DNA of 64,000 nt from Octopus vulgaris (taxonomy: Eukaryota), in the NCBI GenBank assembly GCA_951406725.2, contig OX597822.1, positions 46,128,001 through 46,192,000 of the forward strand, given 5' to 3'. Numbering within the stretch: position 1 is the stretch's first letter; every line of letters starts with the position of its first letter. Below are positions 13,664 through 27,521 of the stretch, piece by piece. The notes below the pieces were generated by a model that searched no databases, was not told the origin of the DNA, and saw nothing but the letters and a program-made list of their open reading frames with translations. The position numbers were made by a program, and so were the translations under genes.

Positions 13664-14394
13664 TTAAATACAACAAACAACCAGCAGTGAGACTGTTTTT
13701 AGCAGATCCCCAAATGGGGCTAATGGCAAGCAATGGGTTAATAATAATTATGATGATGATGATAATAATTCTTTCTACTACAGGCACAAGGCATGAAATT
13801 TGTGGGGAGGGGCTAGTCAGTTAGATTTCCCTTTCTGTTATGAGCACAGGGGCTCAAATTTTGCAAGAGAGACTAGTTGGTTACATTACCCTCAAAGCTC
13901 AAATGATATTTATTATATGGACCCCGAAAGGATGAAAGGTGAAGGTGACTTTGGTGGAATTTGAACTCAGAATGTAAAGAAGTATGAAATGCCACTAAGC
14001 ATACTAATGACTCTGCCAACTCACCACCTTGATGATGATGATGATGATGATGGTGATGATGGTGGTGGTGGTGGTGGTGATGCATTCTTTTATTAGCCAC
14101 AGGGTCATAGATGATGAGGACATCACAAAGACTATCAGCAATTTGTGTAGGGATTTGCATAAAATTTGAGGAGAAAGAAGTGGAAAAGCAGGTGAAATGC
14201 AATAAAAGTATACATAATGATATGATGCAGCCCTCCTAATACAAGAGAAACTCTAACTAGGAGCCAATCAAGGAATCTCATAGATTCATGGTTACCCTGA
14301 CCACCAAAGGCACAAGCCCTCTCCCATCTGTTGCACCCCAATCTACAGGCACATGCTTAGAGTAAGGTAATTCTTTCAAATCATGTTTTCCACA

Positions 14395-14800
14395 GCCACC
14401 CATCATCATCACCATCATTGTTTAATGCCCACTTTCTATGCTGGCATGGGTTTGACAGTTTGACTAAGGGCTGGCAGGCCAGAAGGCTGCACCAGGCTCT
14501 AATCTGAGCTGGCATAGTTTCTATAGCTGGATGCCCTTCCTAACGCCAACCACTCTGAGAGTGTAGTGAGTGCTTTTTACATGTCACCAACACGAGAGCC
14601 AGTCAGGTGGTACTGGCATTGACCATGCTCAAATGGTACCTTTCACATGCTACAGACACAGGATCAGTCAGGCAGCACTGGCAACGACCACACTCAAATG
14701 GTGCTTTTTATGTGCCACCAGCACAGGAGCCAGTCCGGTGGCACTGGCATCAACCATGCTCGAATGGTGCTTTTTACATGCCACTGGCACGAGACCAGTC
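14395..14800 (-). mobile_element. RTE-tailed element with about 4 repeat units
   Basis: Same core and repeats on the minus strand. Confidence 0.85.
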
Positions 14801-15166
14801 AGTCGGAATTCCCTCTCCACCCTCACTTTCCTTTCCAAGTGGAATGTCAATAAACCACATTAATGTGTGTTAGGGACCTAGTTCCTCCCCGCCACATACA
14901 CACATTCTTCAGTAGATATGAAATTGATTTCTCTTTCTTTTTTTGAACATTCAATAGGTTGGTAGCATATATTGAGCAAATTATTGAAGAAAAAGTAGCA
15001 AATTTAAGTGAAAGTCAAATAAGAAAAGAAAATAAAATAAAGAAATGAAATTTTTTTTTAAATATCTACAAAAAATGCCCTCAAAAAACTAACAAAAGTC
15101 TTATTAAAATGAATCTGTTAATGGTCAACTTGCTATTGTGTTTCTATGTAGAGATAAATTCTTGTG

Positions 15167-15203
<37 letters not shown>

Positions 15204-16009
15204 GGTGGGGGGCCAATGTTTCACAACCTCTCCACAAGTCTGCCATTTTCAACTTTGAAATCATCAAAATCAATCAATAAGTTCAAAGTCAGTCAACTTA
15301 ATTCTCATCCTTTACAAAAACCTTATTTGAAAAGATTGTCAAGATTTCATTGATTTCAATTTTCTTCTCCACTTCTCCTTCCTCCCCTTCTCTTTTTCTC
15401 CATCAGAACTATTTTTTCTTTCTTAAGGAAGATGACTGAGATGAAAAAAAAAATGGTTTCTAAAGATCACTTAAGGAATATTTCTCAGACATCATCATCA
15501 TTATTATTGCACGAGGTTTCTTAACAGGCCATTTTAATTTAATAGTCTGGACCAATCTTACCTCTAAAATTAAAAGAAAAAAGAGAGAGGAGGAGGAAAA
15601 AAAAAAGAAAATTTCTTTAAAAAAAAAATTAAATACAAAAAAGAAAAAAATCCTACCGATAGTGTAAGTTAAATGGATGTATTTATTGAATTTCTAGATA
15701 TTAAATTGATTTGCACAACTCTTGATTGATTCCTATAACAGATCAGTATGAAAGACTGAATGTACAAGAGTAAAAGAGAAAGTCAACAACTTGTATAATC
15801 AGACCATTTGATTAGATTTAAGGTAAGGGCTCAAACCATTCTACTATGAAATTTACAATCAATTCAGAGAGAGAGACAGAGATAGAAACAGACTGTATGT
15901 GTGTGTGTGGGGGGGGGGGTGTATTAAGATATATTAAATAATATTATATTCTTCACTGGGCAGTTTTAATGCTTCAGGAAAGAAAAGACTATCAACATTT
16001 GTTCGCCTA

Positions 16010-16390
16010 TTTATGTCCCTGTCTATTATACACTTCGCATGTCTACAAGCCTGTCTCTGTGTATGTCTACCAACCTATTTCTGTGTTTACGAAGCCTTTC
16101 TGTGTCTACCAAGCCATTCTGTGTCTACCAAGCCTTTCTGTGTCTGCCAAGCCTTTCTGTGTTTGTGTCTACCAACCTATTTCTGTGTTTACCAAGCCTT
16201 TCTGTGTCCACAAGCCTGTCTCTGTGTCTACAAACCCATCTCTGTGTCTACCAATCTATCACTGTATCTACCAACCTCTCTGTCTTTGTCTACCAACCAA
16301 TGTGTGTCCTACCGGCCTATCTCTCTGTCTACCATGCCTGTCACTGTCTCTACCAAACATGTATCTGTCTACCAACCCATCTCTGTTTAT
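16010..16390. repeat. Degenerate ~18-bp minisatellite (tctgtgtctaccaagcct)
   Basis: Roughly 20 imperfect units; short related tract at 17050-17105. Confidence 0.9.
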
Positions 16391-17786
16391 GTTAAACTGG
16401 TCCATGTTTCATGACAGAAGAGTTGTTCAGTTATGTAAAACTGAGGCCATAAAGGCACATCCTTTATGTCCAAGCACCACTCCTGCACCTAGTCTTCCCA
16501 CCTATCTCTCTTCCCAATGCCTCCAGTTCCCCACCCATTGAATCTCTTTCCTTGCAACATATCCCCCCTCCCTCTGCTTGTATTCACTCCTTACATTCCC
16601 TCACCCTCTACCTTCCACTCTCCCTTCACAATCTCATGAACTCGCCCACCCTCTCCAACCCCTTTGGTCCACTCACCCCTACCCCTATCTCCATCACATC
16701 TTCGCCCCCCCCCTCTCTCCTCACATGAACTAACCATGTTTTCCCCTCTAATGCAAGACTCCCTTGTTTCTATCCCTCAATACTACTCCCCCATCCTCAG
16801 TTGAGGAGTTTTGTCCTGCTGCAAGTTACTTGGTGATCTCAGTGCTGCTGGTGCTGTGTAAAAAGCACCCAGTATACTCTTTAAACTGTACTGGACATTA
16901 TGAATGGCATCCATCCATAGAAACCATGCCAAAGCAGAAAGCAGGGCTTGGTACAGTCTTCTGGCTTGCCACTTCCTGTTGAGCTGTCCAACCCATGCCA
17001 GCATGGTAAACAGATGTTTGATGACAATGATGATTATGATGATGATGAACCTGTCCATCTGTGTCCACCAACCTATCTTTGTTTGCGTCTACTAACTTGT
17101 CTCTCTTCCTATTTCCCTACTCATCCCAACATCCATCAACTGGAGCAAATCACAGCTGTAATACCACTGTTGCAGGTAGGGACTTAGTGGAGAAAAGGGT
17201 GCTTGACATAATCGAGGTGGCTATGAAGAGTGATAAAACCCTATGTGACAGGTGCCCTTATCCTCTTTCTGTGTACACCAAAAGAGAGCAGATCAGTAAG
17301 GTTCTTATAGAAGGAATATCAATCACAAATTGGAGCCCTAAATGGTGATATTAGACAAAAATCAGTAGGAGTACTCTGGTGTGTATGAAAGCATTGACCA
17401 AATTTGAAGAAAGAGAGAATAAAACCCATGGAGATCTATGAGACCAATGTTCTTACCATATAAATATATTGGCACTTTGTTGGTTCCAATTGATTTGATC
17501 AATAGGAGAGCCTGCTCATGAAATTAATGTGCAAGTGGATGAGCACCCCACAGACACATGTAGCCTTAAAGTTGTTCTCAAGGAGATTCAGTATGACACA
17601 AAATGTGACAAGGTTGGCCCTTTTGAATTACAGGTACTATTCATTTTTGCCAGCTGAGTGGAGCGGAGCAATGTGAAATAAGGTATCATGCTCATGGACC
17701 AAATGCGCCATCAGGAATTGAACTCACAACCTTACAATCAAGAGCTGAATACACTAACCCTAAGAAATCCAAAGAGAAAGTGTACA

Positions 17787-18173
17787 GGTGCAGGTGTGAC
17801 TGTGTGATAAGAAGCTTGTTTCCTAACCGCATGGTTCCGGGTTCAGTCCCATTGCGTGGCACCATGAGCAAGTGTCTTCTACCATAGCCTTGGGCTGACC
17901 AAAGCATTGTGAGTTGATTTTGCAGATGGAAACTGAAAGAAACCTGTCGTATATATGTATTTGTGTATACCTGTGTTTGACCCCCAACCATCACTTGACA
18001 ACCAATGTTGGTGTGTTTATGTCCCCGTAACTTAGCAGTTCGGCAAAAAGGTCTGATAGAATAAGTACCAGGCTTACAAAGAATAAATTCAAAAGGTTGA
18101 TTTGTTCAACTAAACAGACGGTGCTCTAGCATGGCCACAGTCAAAATGACTGAAACAAGTAGAAGAATAAAAA
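17787..18173 (+). mobile_element. Full-length tRNA-derived CORE-like SINE
   Basis: A-box-like tgactgtgtgataa, B-box-like ggttcagtccc, accatgagcaagtg core, microsatellite linker and gcatggccacagtc..tgactgaaacaagt tail. More than 20 copies or fragments in the window. Confidence 0.9.
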
Positions 18174-18769
18174 GTGGAGGAAGTGTTATTTGAGAAGTGT
18201 GTGATAGACAGAGGTGCAGAAGGGGATGTTACAGAGGCCAAGTTGTGAGTAGTTTCATGGATGGTTTACAGAAGTAGAAGCCATTGGAGGAGCATTAGAA
18301 GTGGGAAAAGGAAGAAACCATGTTGATGAGTGAATTATTTGTTGATCACTTTAGTAGCATTCTATAGGGTCATCACTGTTGTCGTCATTATTTAATGATA
18401 GACCTTTCCATGCTTGCATATAACAAACAGGGTTTGTTGAGGTAGATTTTCTAGGGCTGGATGCCCTTCCTGTCGCCAACTCTCACCTGTTACCCAAGCA
18501 AAGTAATATTTTCCATTGGCCAGATATGTTTTTCATGGAAGACTAGAAACAAACACCAATTATACCCAAAACAAGGGTACTCACACACACATACATGATT
18601 TCAGTTTTCATCTACTAAATCCACTGTCAAGGCTTTGGTCAGTCTGGGGCTATAGTAGAAGACACCTGCCTAAAGTGCTGCACAATGCAATTGAACCCGA
18701 GATCACATGGTTGGGAAGCAAGCTTCTTAACCACACAGCTGTAACTGCACCTATGCAGTGTACAAAATG

Positions 18770-18960
18770 ATTATGTGTAGCAGTACCACCATTCCATATT
18801 ATAAACAGTGCTGCAATGTAAACCTTATAGATAGTCAGTAATTAATCATGGCTGCAGTATTTCCTGTTGCTAAAAAGGGAATGTTAATTTTGGCAATATT
18901 AGATGAGTGAGGAGGTCACCAAGTAAGGTCATTAGAGATTGCAAGGATTCACATTTGCAT
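18770..18960 (-). mobile_element. CR1/Jockey-group LINE fragment
   Basis: ISNDLTW..NIAK..RKYCSHD*LLTIYK..IWNGGTATH, matching the post-RT region. Confidence 0.6.
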
Positions 18961-18980
18961 CAACTTTGAGGGGTTTAAGG

Positions 18981-19327
18981 CATGGGCTTTCAACCATTTT
19001 TTTTATCCATGGACCCCTTTGGTTACTATTTTATTCAGGTGGACCCACCCCATAGCCATTCGATGTTTGAAAACTAGTTTTATAGAAATGTCTTTCAAAA
19101 TTTCTCTTTTTTCAAACATTAACTTGTTCAACTAAATAAGCAATTGAACTATATAAAATGTTAAAGAAACCTAGCTGTTTTCTTGCAATACATACATCTA
19201 AAGCAAATTTTTTCAGGGGACCTTAAAATACTGGTGTGGACCCTCAATTTATTATTTTGTTGCATGGACCTCCAAAAGTCTTATATGGACCTTTAGGGGC
19301 CATACTGACCCCGGTTGAGAACCACTG
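18981..19327. mobile_element. hAT MITE (related shorter copy at 3849-4052, inserted in a SINE)
   Basis: catgggctttcaacc / ggttgagaaccactg ends and shared internal tggacccc motifs. Confidence 0.7.
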
Positions 19328-20329
19328 TAAGGGTTTTAGCTGTGTATCCAGGGCAAGTCTGGTGTGAGGTATTGAAGTTGCACATGGATGATACCTGTTT
19401 GAGGAAAGTTGAAGACCAAAAAGGCAGCTTTAGTCTTCATCACAGATCCATGGCGCCACAATAATTTGCACCTGCCAAGCACTCATTCCCATCATCTTGC
19501 CAGACACTTGTGAAACACAGTCAACAGTAACATGATAATGGGGAACTTACACAAGTTGGGAAGTATTTGATTGCTTCTGCCCTTGCTGAATCTTTGTGGA
19601 CCAGAGGTTAGGGTATTGCACTCAGCAATCACAAGATCATCATCATCACCATTTAACATCCGTTGTCCATACTGGCATGGGTTGGACAGCTTGACCAGGG
19701 CTGGCAAGCTAGAAGGCTGCACCAAACTCCAGTCTGATTTGGCATGGTTTCTATGGCTGGATGCCTTTCCTAACGCCAACCCCTCCAAGTGGTCGTGTTT
19801 TTAATTCCTGGACCAGGTGGCAGGTTGTGTCCTAGAGCAAAACACTTCATTTTACATTGCTCCAATCCATTCGGCTGTAAATGACCATTCCTGTGATGGC
19901 CTGGTGTCTCATTTAGTGGAGAATGTTATGACTTCAGTCGCTTGTATAACATGAGGGCGGCAAGCTGGCAGCATCGTTAACACGTTGGACAAAATGCTTT
20001 GCAGTATTTCGTCCGTCTATACATTCTGAGTTCAAATTCCGCCAAGGTTGACTTTACCTTTCACCCTTTCGATGTCGATTAAAGAAGTACCAGTTATGCA
20101 CAGGAGTTGATGTAATCAACTTAATCCCTGTCTGTCCTTGTTTGTCCCCTCTATGGTCCACCCCCCACTCCTGTGGGCAATAAAGAAATATACATAACAA
20201 GGAAACCAAGTAACCAGACCTATGAGTCCTAGGACTTTATATAGTAATGTCCAGTAGTTGATGATGATGATGATGACTTCATGCTTGCACTTTGGATTTT
20301 GTGTTAAACCCCAAAGTTTGTTGTTATTG

Positions 20330-20610
20330 CCAAACCTATTTCCTTCAACAATTCCTACTCAAAAGGCATCTCTTTTTGTTTCATCAGATACTCTGCTGTC
20401 CAAGAGTCTAACTCTTCTGTAATGCAGTTGTACCAGAGACCCTCTTGGGATTGTGCAAATGGCAAAGTGGACAGTTGAAAAAATATGAATTAATATGGTT
20501 AAAACAGATCTTGATTAAATATCTGGTCTTCACACACACACATGGTGTCTACCTTTGGAATTGCAACTGGTTGACAGACTTTGCATCGGACATCAGATCA
20601 CTGGGTGTGG
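20330..20610 (+). mobile_element. RTE (SR2-like) LINE 3' end, second copy
   Basis: KWQSGQLK..HGVYLWNCNWLTDFASD, similar to 28380-28760. Confidence 0.5.
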
Positions 20611-20886
20611 ATGATTTCATTATCATCATCATTGTTTCAATATCTACTTTACCAGGATTGCATAGGTCAGACAGAATACAACCCAGAATTTTCTACAGCT
20701 GGATGCCCTTCTTGTTACCAAACCCTCACCAGTTTCCAAGCAAAGTAGTATTTTACCCATGACCAGACATGTCTCCAGAGGTTGGAAATGGATGCTAGTA
20801 GCATGGCAGTGACACTTGTTTACAACTCTCCCTTAAGGTCATGGCAAGGAGATAGTAACACACACACACACACGCACGCACATGTA

Positions 20887-20919
<33 letters not shown>

Positions 20920-20924
20920 TCATA

Positions 20925-21085
20925 AGTATACAGGCTAAGGAGTGAAACGTTAGTGACCCTTAGATATCTGCTGATGATATGGAAGAGTTTCCAACATTGC
21001 AATGGATTTAGAAGAGCTTACAAAACCTCTGGGCAGATCCTGCAGTTTCTGTCAAGGGTAAAGTATCTCCAGTGTTTATTTCAAC
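20925..21085 (+). mobile_element. Second copy of the HERO-like 3' UTR
   Basis: atacaggctaagg..aaac..gata.ctgctgatgata..tttcca.cattgcaatggatt aligns with 29735-29900. Confidence 0.65.
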
Positions 21086-22744
21086 TATATATCATCATCA
21101 TCATCACTTACTTCCCATTTTCCATGCTGGCATGGGTTGGATGGTTTGACAGGATCTGGCAAGTCACAGGGCTGTGCTCAACTCCAGAGTCAGTTGTGGA
21201 ATGTTTTCTATGGCTGGATACCTTTACTAACACCAACTGCCTTGCAGTATGGACTGGATGCATTTTTCAAGCCACAACTGAGCATGCCAAGTGGCCTGCA
21301 AGACAGAAAAGAACAGGAAAGCAAAAAAAACCCATTACTAAGAGAGAGGGGCGCTTTATGCTTGGTGCTGAGAGACTAAAGTATGACAGGGGGATGAGCA
21401 CAGATGTCTTGCTATAGGGGAGATATATGGGTGCGCTATATTACATAAGGGTGAGTAGAAACAATTAAGAAGAAGATGAAAATAAAGAAAATGTCAGTGA
21501 TGGTGTGTTAAAGCAAATCTTCAATGTATGAGAAGGTGAGCATAAGACAGGATACGGTCAGGTGATCACAGGAGATGGGTAGTTTCGTAAGAAATTGAGG
21601 GAAAAGTAACAGATGATTAGAGATGGGGGTCAAGATAAACGAATTGAATGAAGTACAAGGGTGGAAGTGCAGTTGTGGGGAAATATCAGTGTGGAGGTGT
21701 AAAGTGAGAGAGGAGGCAGAGGCTCAGGAAGGAGGACACATCATAAGATAGGGGCAACATACACACACACAACAGGCTTCTTTCAATTTCTGCCTTCAAA
21801 ATACACTCACAAGGCCTTAGCCAACTCAGGGCTGTAGCAGAAGACCTTTAATCAAGGTTCCATGCAGTGGGGCTAAACCTGCCCCCCCCCACCACACACC
21901 ATTCACACACACACACACACAACAGGCCTCTTTCAGTTACCACTGACCAAATCCACTCACACAGCTTTGGGCAGCCTGAGGCTATATAGTAGAAGACACT
22001 TGCTCAAAGTGCCATGCAGTGGGACTGAACTCAAAACAGCATGGTTGGGAAGCAACCACACATCTATGCTTAAGCTTAGTCACACCTGCACCTAATCATG
22101 ATGATGTGGTTGACTGGTTGGAGCCGGCTCAACCATGCCCAGAAGAACACAGGCACAAGTACAGTTAAAGCTGAGTGAAGAGTCCAATGTCTATGTATGA
22201 GTGGCGTGTGTTGTTACAAAGAAGACTCAGTCATTAACGTAGAGCGGGGAAAGTGCAGGAGACATAACTAAACTACCGATGTGCAGTGGCATAGCTAAAT
22301 AGTGTGCTGTCCAGGGCAGACCTTGAGCTTGCTGTTCACTGACCCCTACACTAGCATATATAGCAAACCCTAAAGAGTCACCTGAAGCAGATTTCCCTCA
22401 TTACACTTATATTCTTTTCAAAATTTGGAGGCACAAAAATATAACTAAAAGTACAGAGGAAAAAATTGTATTCAGGTTACATTGTGGCACACCTAGCATC
22501 GTCTCATGGCACACCAGTGTGCCACAGCATACTGGTTGTGGAGCACTGCACTAGTGTGGTTTATACCTCCTTCGTAACAAAACAGTAGTTACATCAGAAT
22601 TTATAGTTTGAGTCAAAGAAAGCCTCATCAGCAAATACTGCAATGAATTCATCTGAAAGGGAACTCCTAATCCAATGGATGGGAGACAGATGAAATTCAC
22701 AGACTAGCAGTTTAGCCAGGAGGTTTTCATGCAAACCATAATTG

Positions 22745-23010
22745 AAGGTGAAGGCACATGACTTGGTGGTTAGGGTATTGCACCCATGATCACAAGGTTG
22801 TGGTTTTGATTCATGGACCAGGCGGTGAGTTGTGGTCTTGAGCAAAACATTTCATTTTACATTGATCAAGTCCACTCAGGTGTGAACAAATAACCCAACA
22901 ATGGGCTGGCATCCTACTCAGGGGGAATGTTGACCTCAATCATTTATACACACTGGAAACCAGGTAACCACCATACAAGGCCTTTGACGTGAGATAGTAA
23001 TGTCCAGGAG
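22745..23010 (+). mobile_element. tRNA-derived Meta/MESC-like SINE (others at 4995-5240, 5345-5560, 17470-17762, 39990-40120, 54960-55130, 56610-56985 on -)
   Basis: ggtggttagggtatt head and cttgagcaaaacatttcatttt..gtccactcag domain. Confidence 0.7.
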
Positions 23011-24483
23011 ATAATGATGATGAAGATGATGATGATGATGATGGTGATGTAAATGTAGTGTAACAGAGAATGAGTCTCTGGTGTATCTAGCTCTATAGAA
23101 ACCATGAATGTCACCACTAAGGAAAGAGACAGATTGGAGACTAAGAAGCCTGTTATTATTAGTAACTCTGAGATGTCAGAAGTTTGGGTGATTGGATGGT
23201 GTTAGTTGGTAGGGTCAGAGAGATTGCTCCGGTAGCAGGGCTTCTACTGAATTTTGAACAATCACTTTCAGACTTTCCCAGTTCAGGATCCTGACCAATT
23301 ATACATCCATAAAAAGCATTAACACCTACACAAATATGGTTCAACTAATCTATCTGCATTAGTCAACTTGTTAAGGGTGGTGTAGTGAACTTCAAAGAAA
23401 GTGTGCAATTTTTCCTGCCAAACAGCTTGAAGGTTCTAGAAACTGTCACTAAAGGTTATAAAAGCTGGCAAATTCAACCTTAACCTTTTTGATACCAACC
23501 TGGTTGAAACCGCCTCTAGCTCTGTAGTTCAACTATCTTCTTTTCATAAGTTTTGAATGAAAATCTTCCACCAAAGCTTAGTCACAATTTATGTTCCTAA
23601 CACTAACTTAATGATAACTAAATTATTTTACTAAATTCTTTGTTATATTTAAAATCAATTGAAAGAAACACAGAGCATCTCAACAGAAATATGGTAATGA
23701 AAGGGTTAAAGCAGAGCCACCAAGTGGTCCAAGCAATTCTCTTCTACTTTTCCTTACTTAACACACTTGTATCATGTGTGACAAAAGGTACTGATCTTCA
23801 CTCATGAAACAACCCAACCCATACCAGCATGTAAGATGGGTGTTAAATGATGATGGCAATGACAAACTATCAGCAGCAGTAGCATTTTAACGCCCACTTT
23901 TCCATGCTCTTATGGGTTAGGCGAAACTTGTTGATGCAGCTTTTCCCTGGCTAAATGCCCACGTGTTGCCGATCCTCACCTGTTTCCAAGTAAAGTAATA
24001 TATCCCCAAGGCTGGACATGCTTCCAGGAAGATTGGAAGCAAAGGATACCACTTATGCAACAGTGATGCTCATTTACAACTATCATGCAACATCAAATGA
24101 TAGAGACACATACACATATATGAGAGGTTTAATTCAGTTTCCATCTAACAAGTCCTCCTAAGGCTTTGGTCAGCTGAAGGCTATTGTATAAAAACATTTG
24201 CCACAAGTTCCACACAGTGGGACTGAACCTTAAACCATGTGGTCAGGAAGCAAACTTCTTAACCATACAACCATGCCTGCACCTATATACATACACATGC
24301 AGATATATATATATATACATGTGTGTATGTGTCATCATCATCATCGTTTAATATCCACCATCTACGCTGGCATGGGTTGGACAGTTTGACAGGGGCCGGC
24401 TAGGTAAAAGACTAGCCCAGGCTACTGTGTCTGTTTTGGCAGAGTTTTTACAGCTGAATGCCTTTCCTAACAGCAACCCCTCT

Positions 24484-24487
<4 letters not shown>

Positions 24488-24569
<82 letters not shown>
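24488..24569. repeat. (GA)n microsatellite
   Basis: Direct reading. Confidence 0.98.
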
Positions 24570-24571
<2 letters not shown>

Positions 24572-24984
24572 CGTGTATGTGTTTGCTCACTGGGCTTGAG
24601 AGAATAGACAGTGCTTAAGGCCACCATAGGCCAGCTAAGACAGTGAGGCTGGTGTCAACATGTTCCATTTAGATTGTTACAAGTTGACATTTGCAATAAA
24701 GTCCTAAGCAGAGAGGAGATTCCAGTTGTCCAATGTTCTGAGGACGAAGGATGAGGAATATTGTTAGAGAAAGGACTTTGAGGTTGGATACAATGTGGGA
24801 AATAAGAGAAGGTGCCTCCTCTTATCAAACAGCCTCATGCCATCTCTCTCTCCCTCAAACACCATGTCTCACTCCTATACATCATTGCAACTCTCACATA
24901 ACTCCTATAGACCTTTCTTTTCACCTTCAATGAGAACAGGAGTGAATATCAATATGAGGTTAGGGAAATGGTTGAGGAAGGATA

Positions 24985-25297
24985 AGGTGATAAAAAGCAC
25001 CATTCGAACATGGTCATTGCCAGTGCCACCTGACTGGCTCCCATACCGGTGGCACATAGAAAGCACTATACAAGCGTGACCGATGCCAGCACCGGCTGAC
25101 TGGCCCTCGTGCCAGTGGCACGTAAAAGCACCTACTACACTCTTGGAGTGGTTGGCGATAGGAAGGGCATCCAGCTGTAGAAACATTGCCAGATCAGATT
25201 GGAGCCTGGTGCAGCTTGCTGGCTTGCCATCCCTCAGTCAAATGTCCAACCCGTGCCAGCATGGAAAGCAGACATTAAACAGCGACAATGATGATGA
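24985..25297 (+). mobile_element. RTE-tailed element inserted in the large LINE
   Basis: Same core, 2-3 repeat units. Confidence 0.85.
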
Positions 25298-27313
25298 AGA
25301 GCAGCAGTATAGTGCAGTGTAAACACCATGTTGGTTGTGGGAGCAATATTTCATTAAGGGCTTCACCTGACTTTTGTAGAATGTCAGTAATTGTTGGGGG
25401 ATGAAGTAATTTCTGATCTTGAAGAGAAGGGTCAGTGAGGTGTAATATTTGGAGTGACCATTAGGGCTCTAGTTGAGTATGATAGTGTTTTCCTGATATT
25501 AACCATATACATATTCATGTATTTGATTTTCACTGTTGAAAGCAACAAGATTGACGAAGCTCTACTGGAGAATGCTTTCTAGTTCTCCGTTTTATATAAT
25601 CAGCATAAGTTTGACATGATGTGTCTTTGTTGCAAGTGGATGGGCAGCTAGGTGAGGGAGATGAGGGAAGGATGAAGGGTTATATCAACTGTGTAAAATT
25701 GAGAATTATCAGACATGATACTAAGCAGGTCATGGGCATATGTGCAAAGAGGGGAGAGGTACTAAACCAAACCTAGGGGTACACCTGAGTTAAAAGAGTA
25801 TGAGACAGAAGGAGAACCATCAAGATTTGCTGTGATTGTGCAATTTGATAGGAGATAAAAGACAAATGGAGCTAAGACATGCAAAAGTTTTAATAGGGGA
25901 TTTGAAGGCAGAGATGATTGAAAGTTTTAATGTCAAGGAAGACTATTGTTTTCACTGAATTTGTCTACAATGAGAGCCCACCAGTAGGGGACATAGAAGT
26001 GTAGGTCTCCAGTGGATTTAGCTCTACTGAAGCTATACTAATAGTCATTAAAGACGCAGAGAAAGAAAGAGAGAGGGAGACTCAACATATTGGAGAACAT
26101 CATTGCTAATGGCTTTCTCCATTACCTCAGAGATATTGAGAAAAAGTGCAACAAGGATGATGACAGTTGGCAGGATCAGAGAGGTTGTCTTTCTTGGAAA
26201 TGGAACAGAGGGTAGTGGAAATGAACCAGAGGGAATTTCCAAAAATCATGATATATTCTTGTAGAGAGTCTGAAATTGAAGAGTTTGGTAAGAACAAAGG
26301 TAAGCTCTGAGGCGAAATGTCTGAGAGTCAACAAAGGGACTATATCAGGGCCAGTGGCCTTGCTGGTTTGAAACAACAGAAAGTACTTTTGCACTTGGGG
26401 AACCTGGTGCGGTGGAACGGGATAAATTTAGGAGAGATTTTCCAATAGTGCTTTATGTGTAATTGGATGCAAAGCAAGCAGTGAAGATAGAGGCGTCTTT
26501 CATGATGGGAGAGGAGTATTCCTGACAGAATCTTCAATGTTGAGAACTGGAAGAAAAGGGAATTCTGCAAAGTTGGTAAAGGATCTGCTGCAGTTTGTGA
26601 TGTGGAATAGGTTGAGGTCATCTTTTGCAGTTCAGAAGGTGTTTTGCAGGAATTGCATTGCTGGGTAAATACCACAGAGTTTTCAGGAGTGGGTGTGTCT
26701 CTCCAAGCATTGTAGGCTTTGTTCCTTTTTTACCTTAACAGTTGCAACACAACTTTGAGTGAGCTACTAGGAGAACTTGGGGCATTGAGCTTTTGTTGTG
26801 TGAGAGATGTAGAAAGATATGACTACAAGGTTAGTATCAGTCACCTGCCTAGCTGTTTCTGCAAGAGACAAGCAGGTGTAGTTGATTGGTTGCTGACAAT
26901 TTGGCACTGCTGACAGGACACTGAACCTGTTTAGGCAACAATATTTCTTGGCACAGGAGGAAATTACACACACACACACACACACACATCCATACACATG
27001 TGGTCACATGGAGAAATTTATACAAGTTGATAGAGGGAGAGAGAGAGAGAGAGATATTACACATATATAGAAACATAACTAGATGCACACACACACACAT
27101 ATAAACAGTGAGAGAAAGAGGGAGAGAGAGAGAACAAGAAAAGAATTAAAATGTCGCGTCCCAATTAAATCAGTGTTGAATCAGGTGGAAGCAAAATGGT
27201 CACATACCTCAATTTCTGATGGGTCAGGAACAAGGCATGTATGCTACCAGGATAATGACCATAACACAGATAGACTTCCAACCAGTTAGTTGACTTGAAG
27301 AGCTCTAGAGATC

Positions 27314-27521
27314 TATTTCTTTATTGCCTACAAGTTGGGGGCTTAACATAGAGGGGACAAACAAGGACAGGCAAAGGGATTAAGTCGATTACATCAACCC
27401 CAGTGCGTAACTGGTACTTAATTTATCGAACCTGAAAGGATGAAAGACAAAGTCGACCTCGGCGGAATTTGAACTCCAAACATAACGGGAGACGCTAACA
27501 TTTCTGCCAGCTCGCTGCCTT
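27314..27521 (-). mobile_element. Nin/Deu-domain SINE with perfect 15-bp TSD
   Basis: TSD agagctctagagatc at 27299-27313 and 27522-27536. Confidence 0.9.

Noticed and set aside
15969-16541. Longest ORF (190 aa)
   Set aside because: Produced by a minisatellite that is open in all three plus frames.
17787-17860. tRNA genes at SINE heads
   Set aside because: A/B boxes are present but there is no complete cloverleaf, and they continue into SINE bodies.
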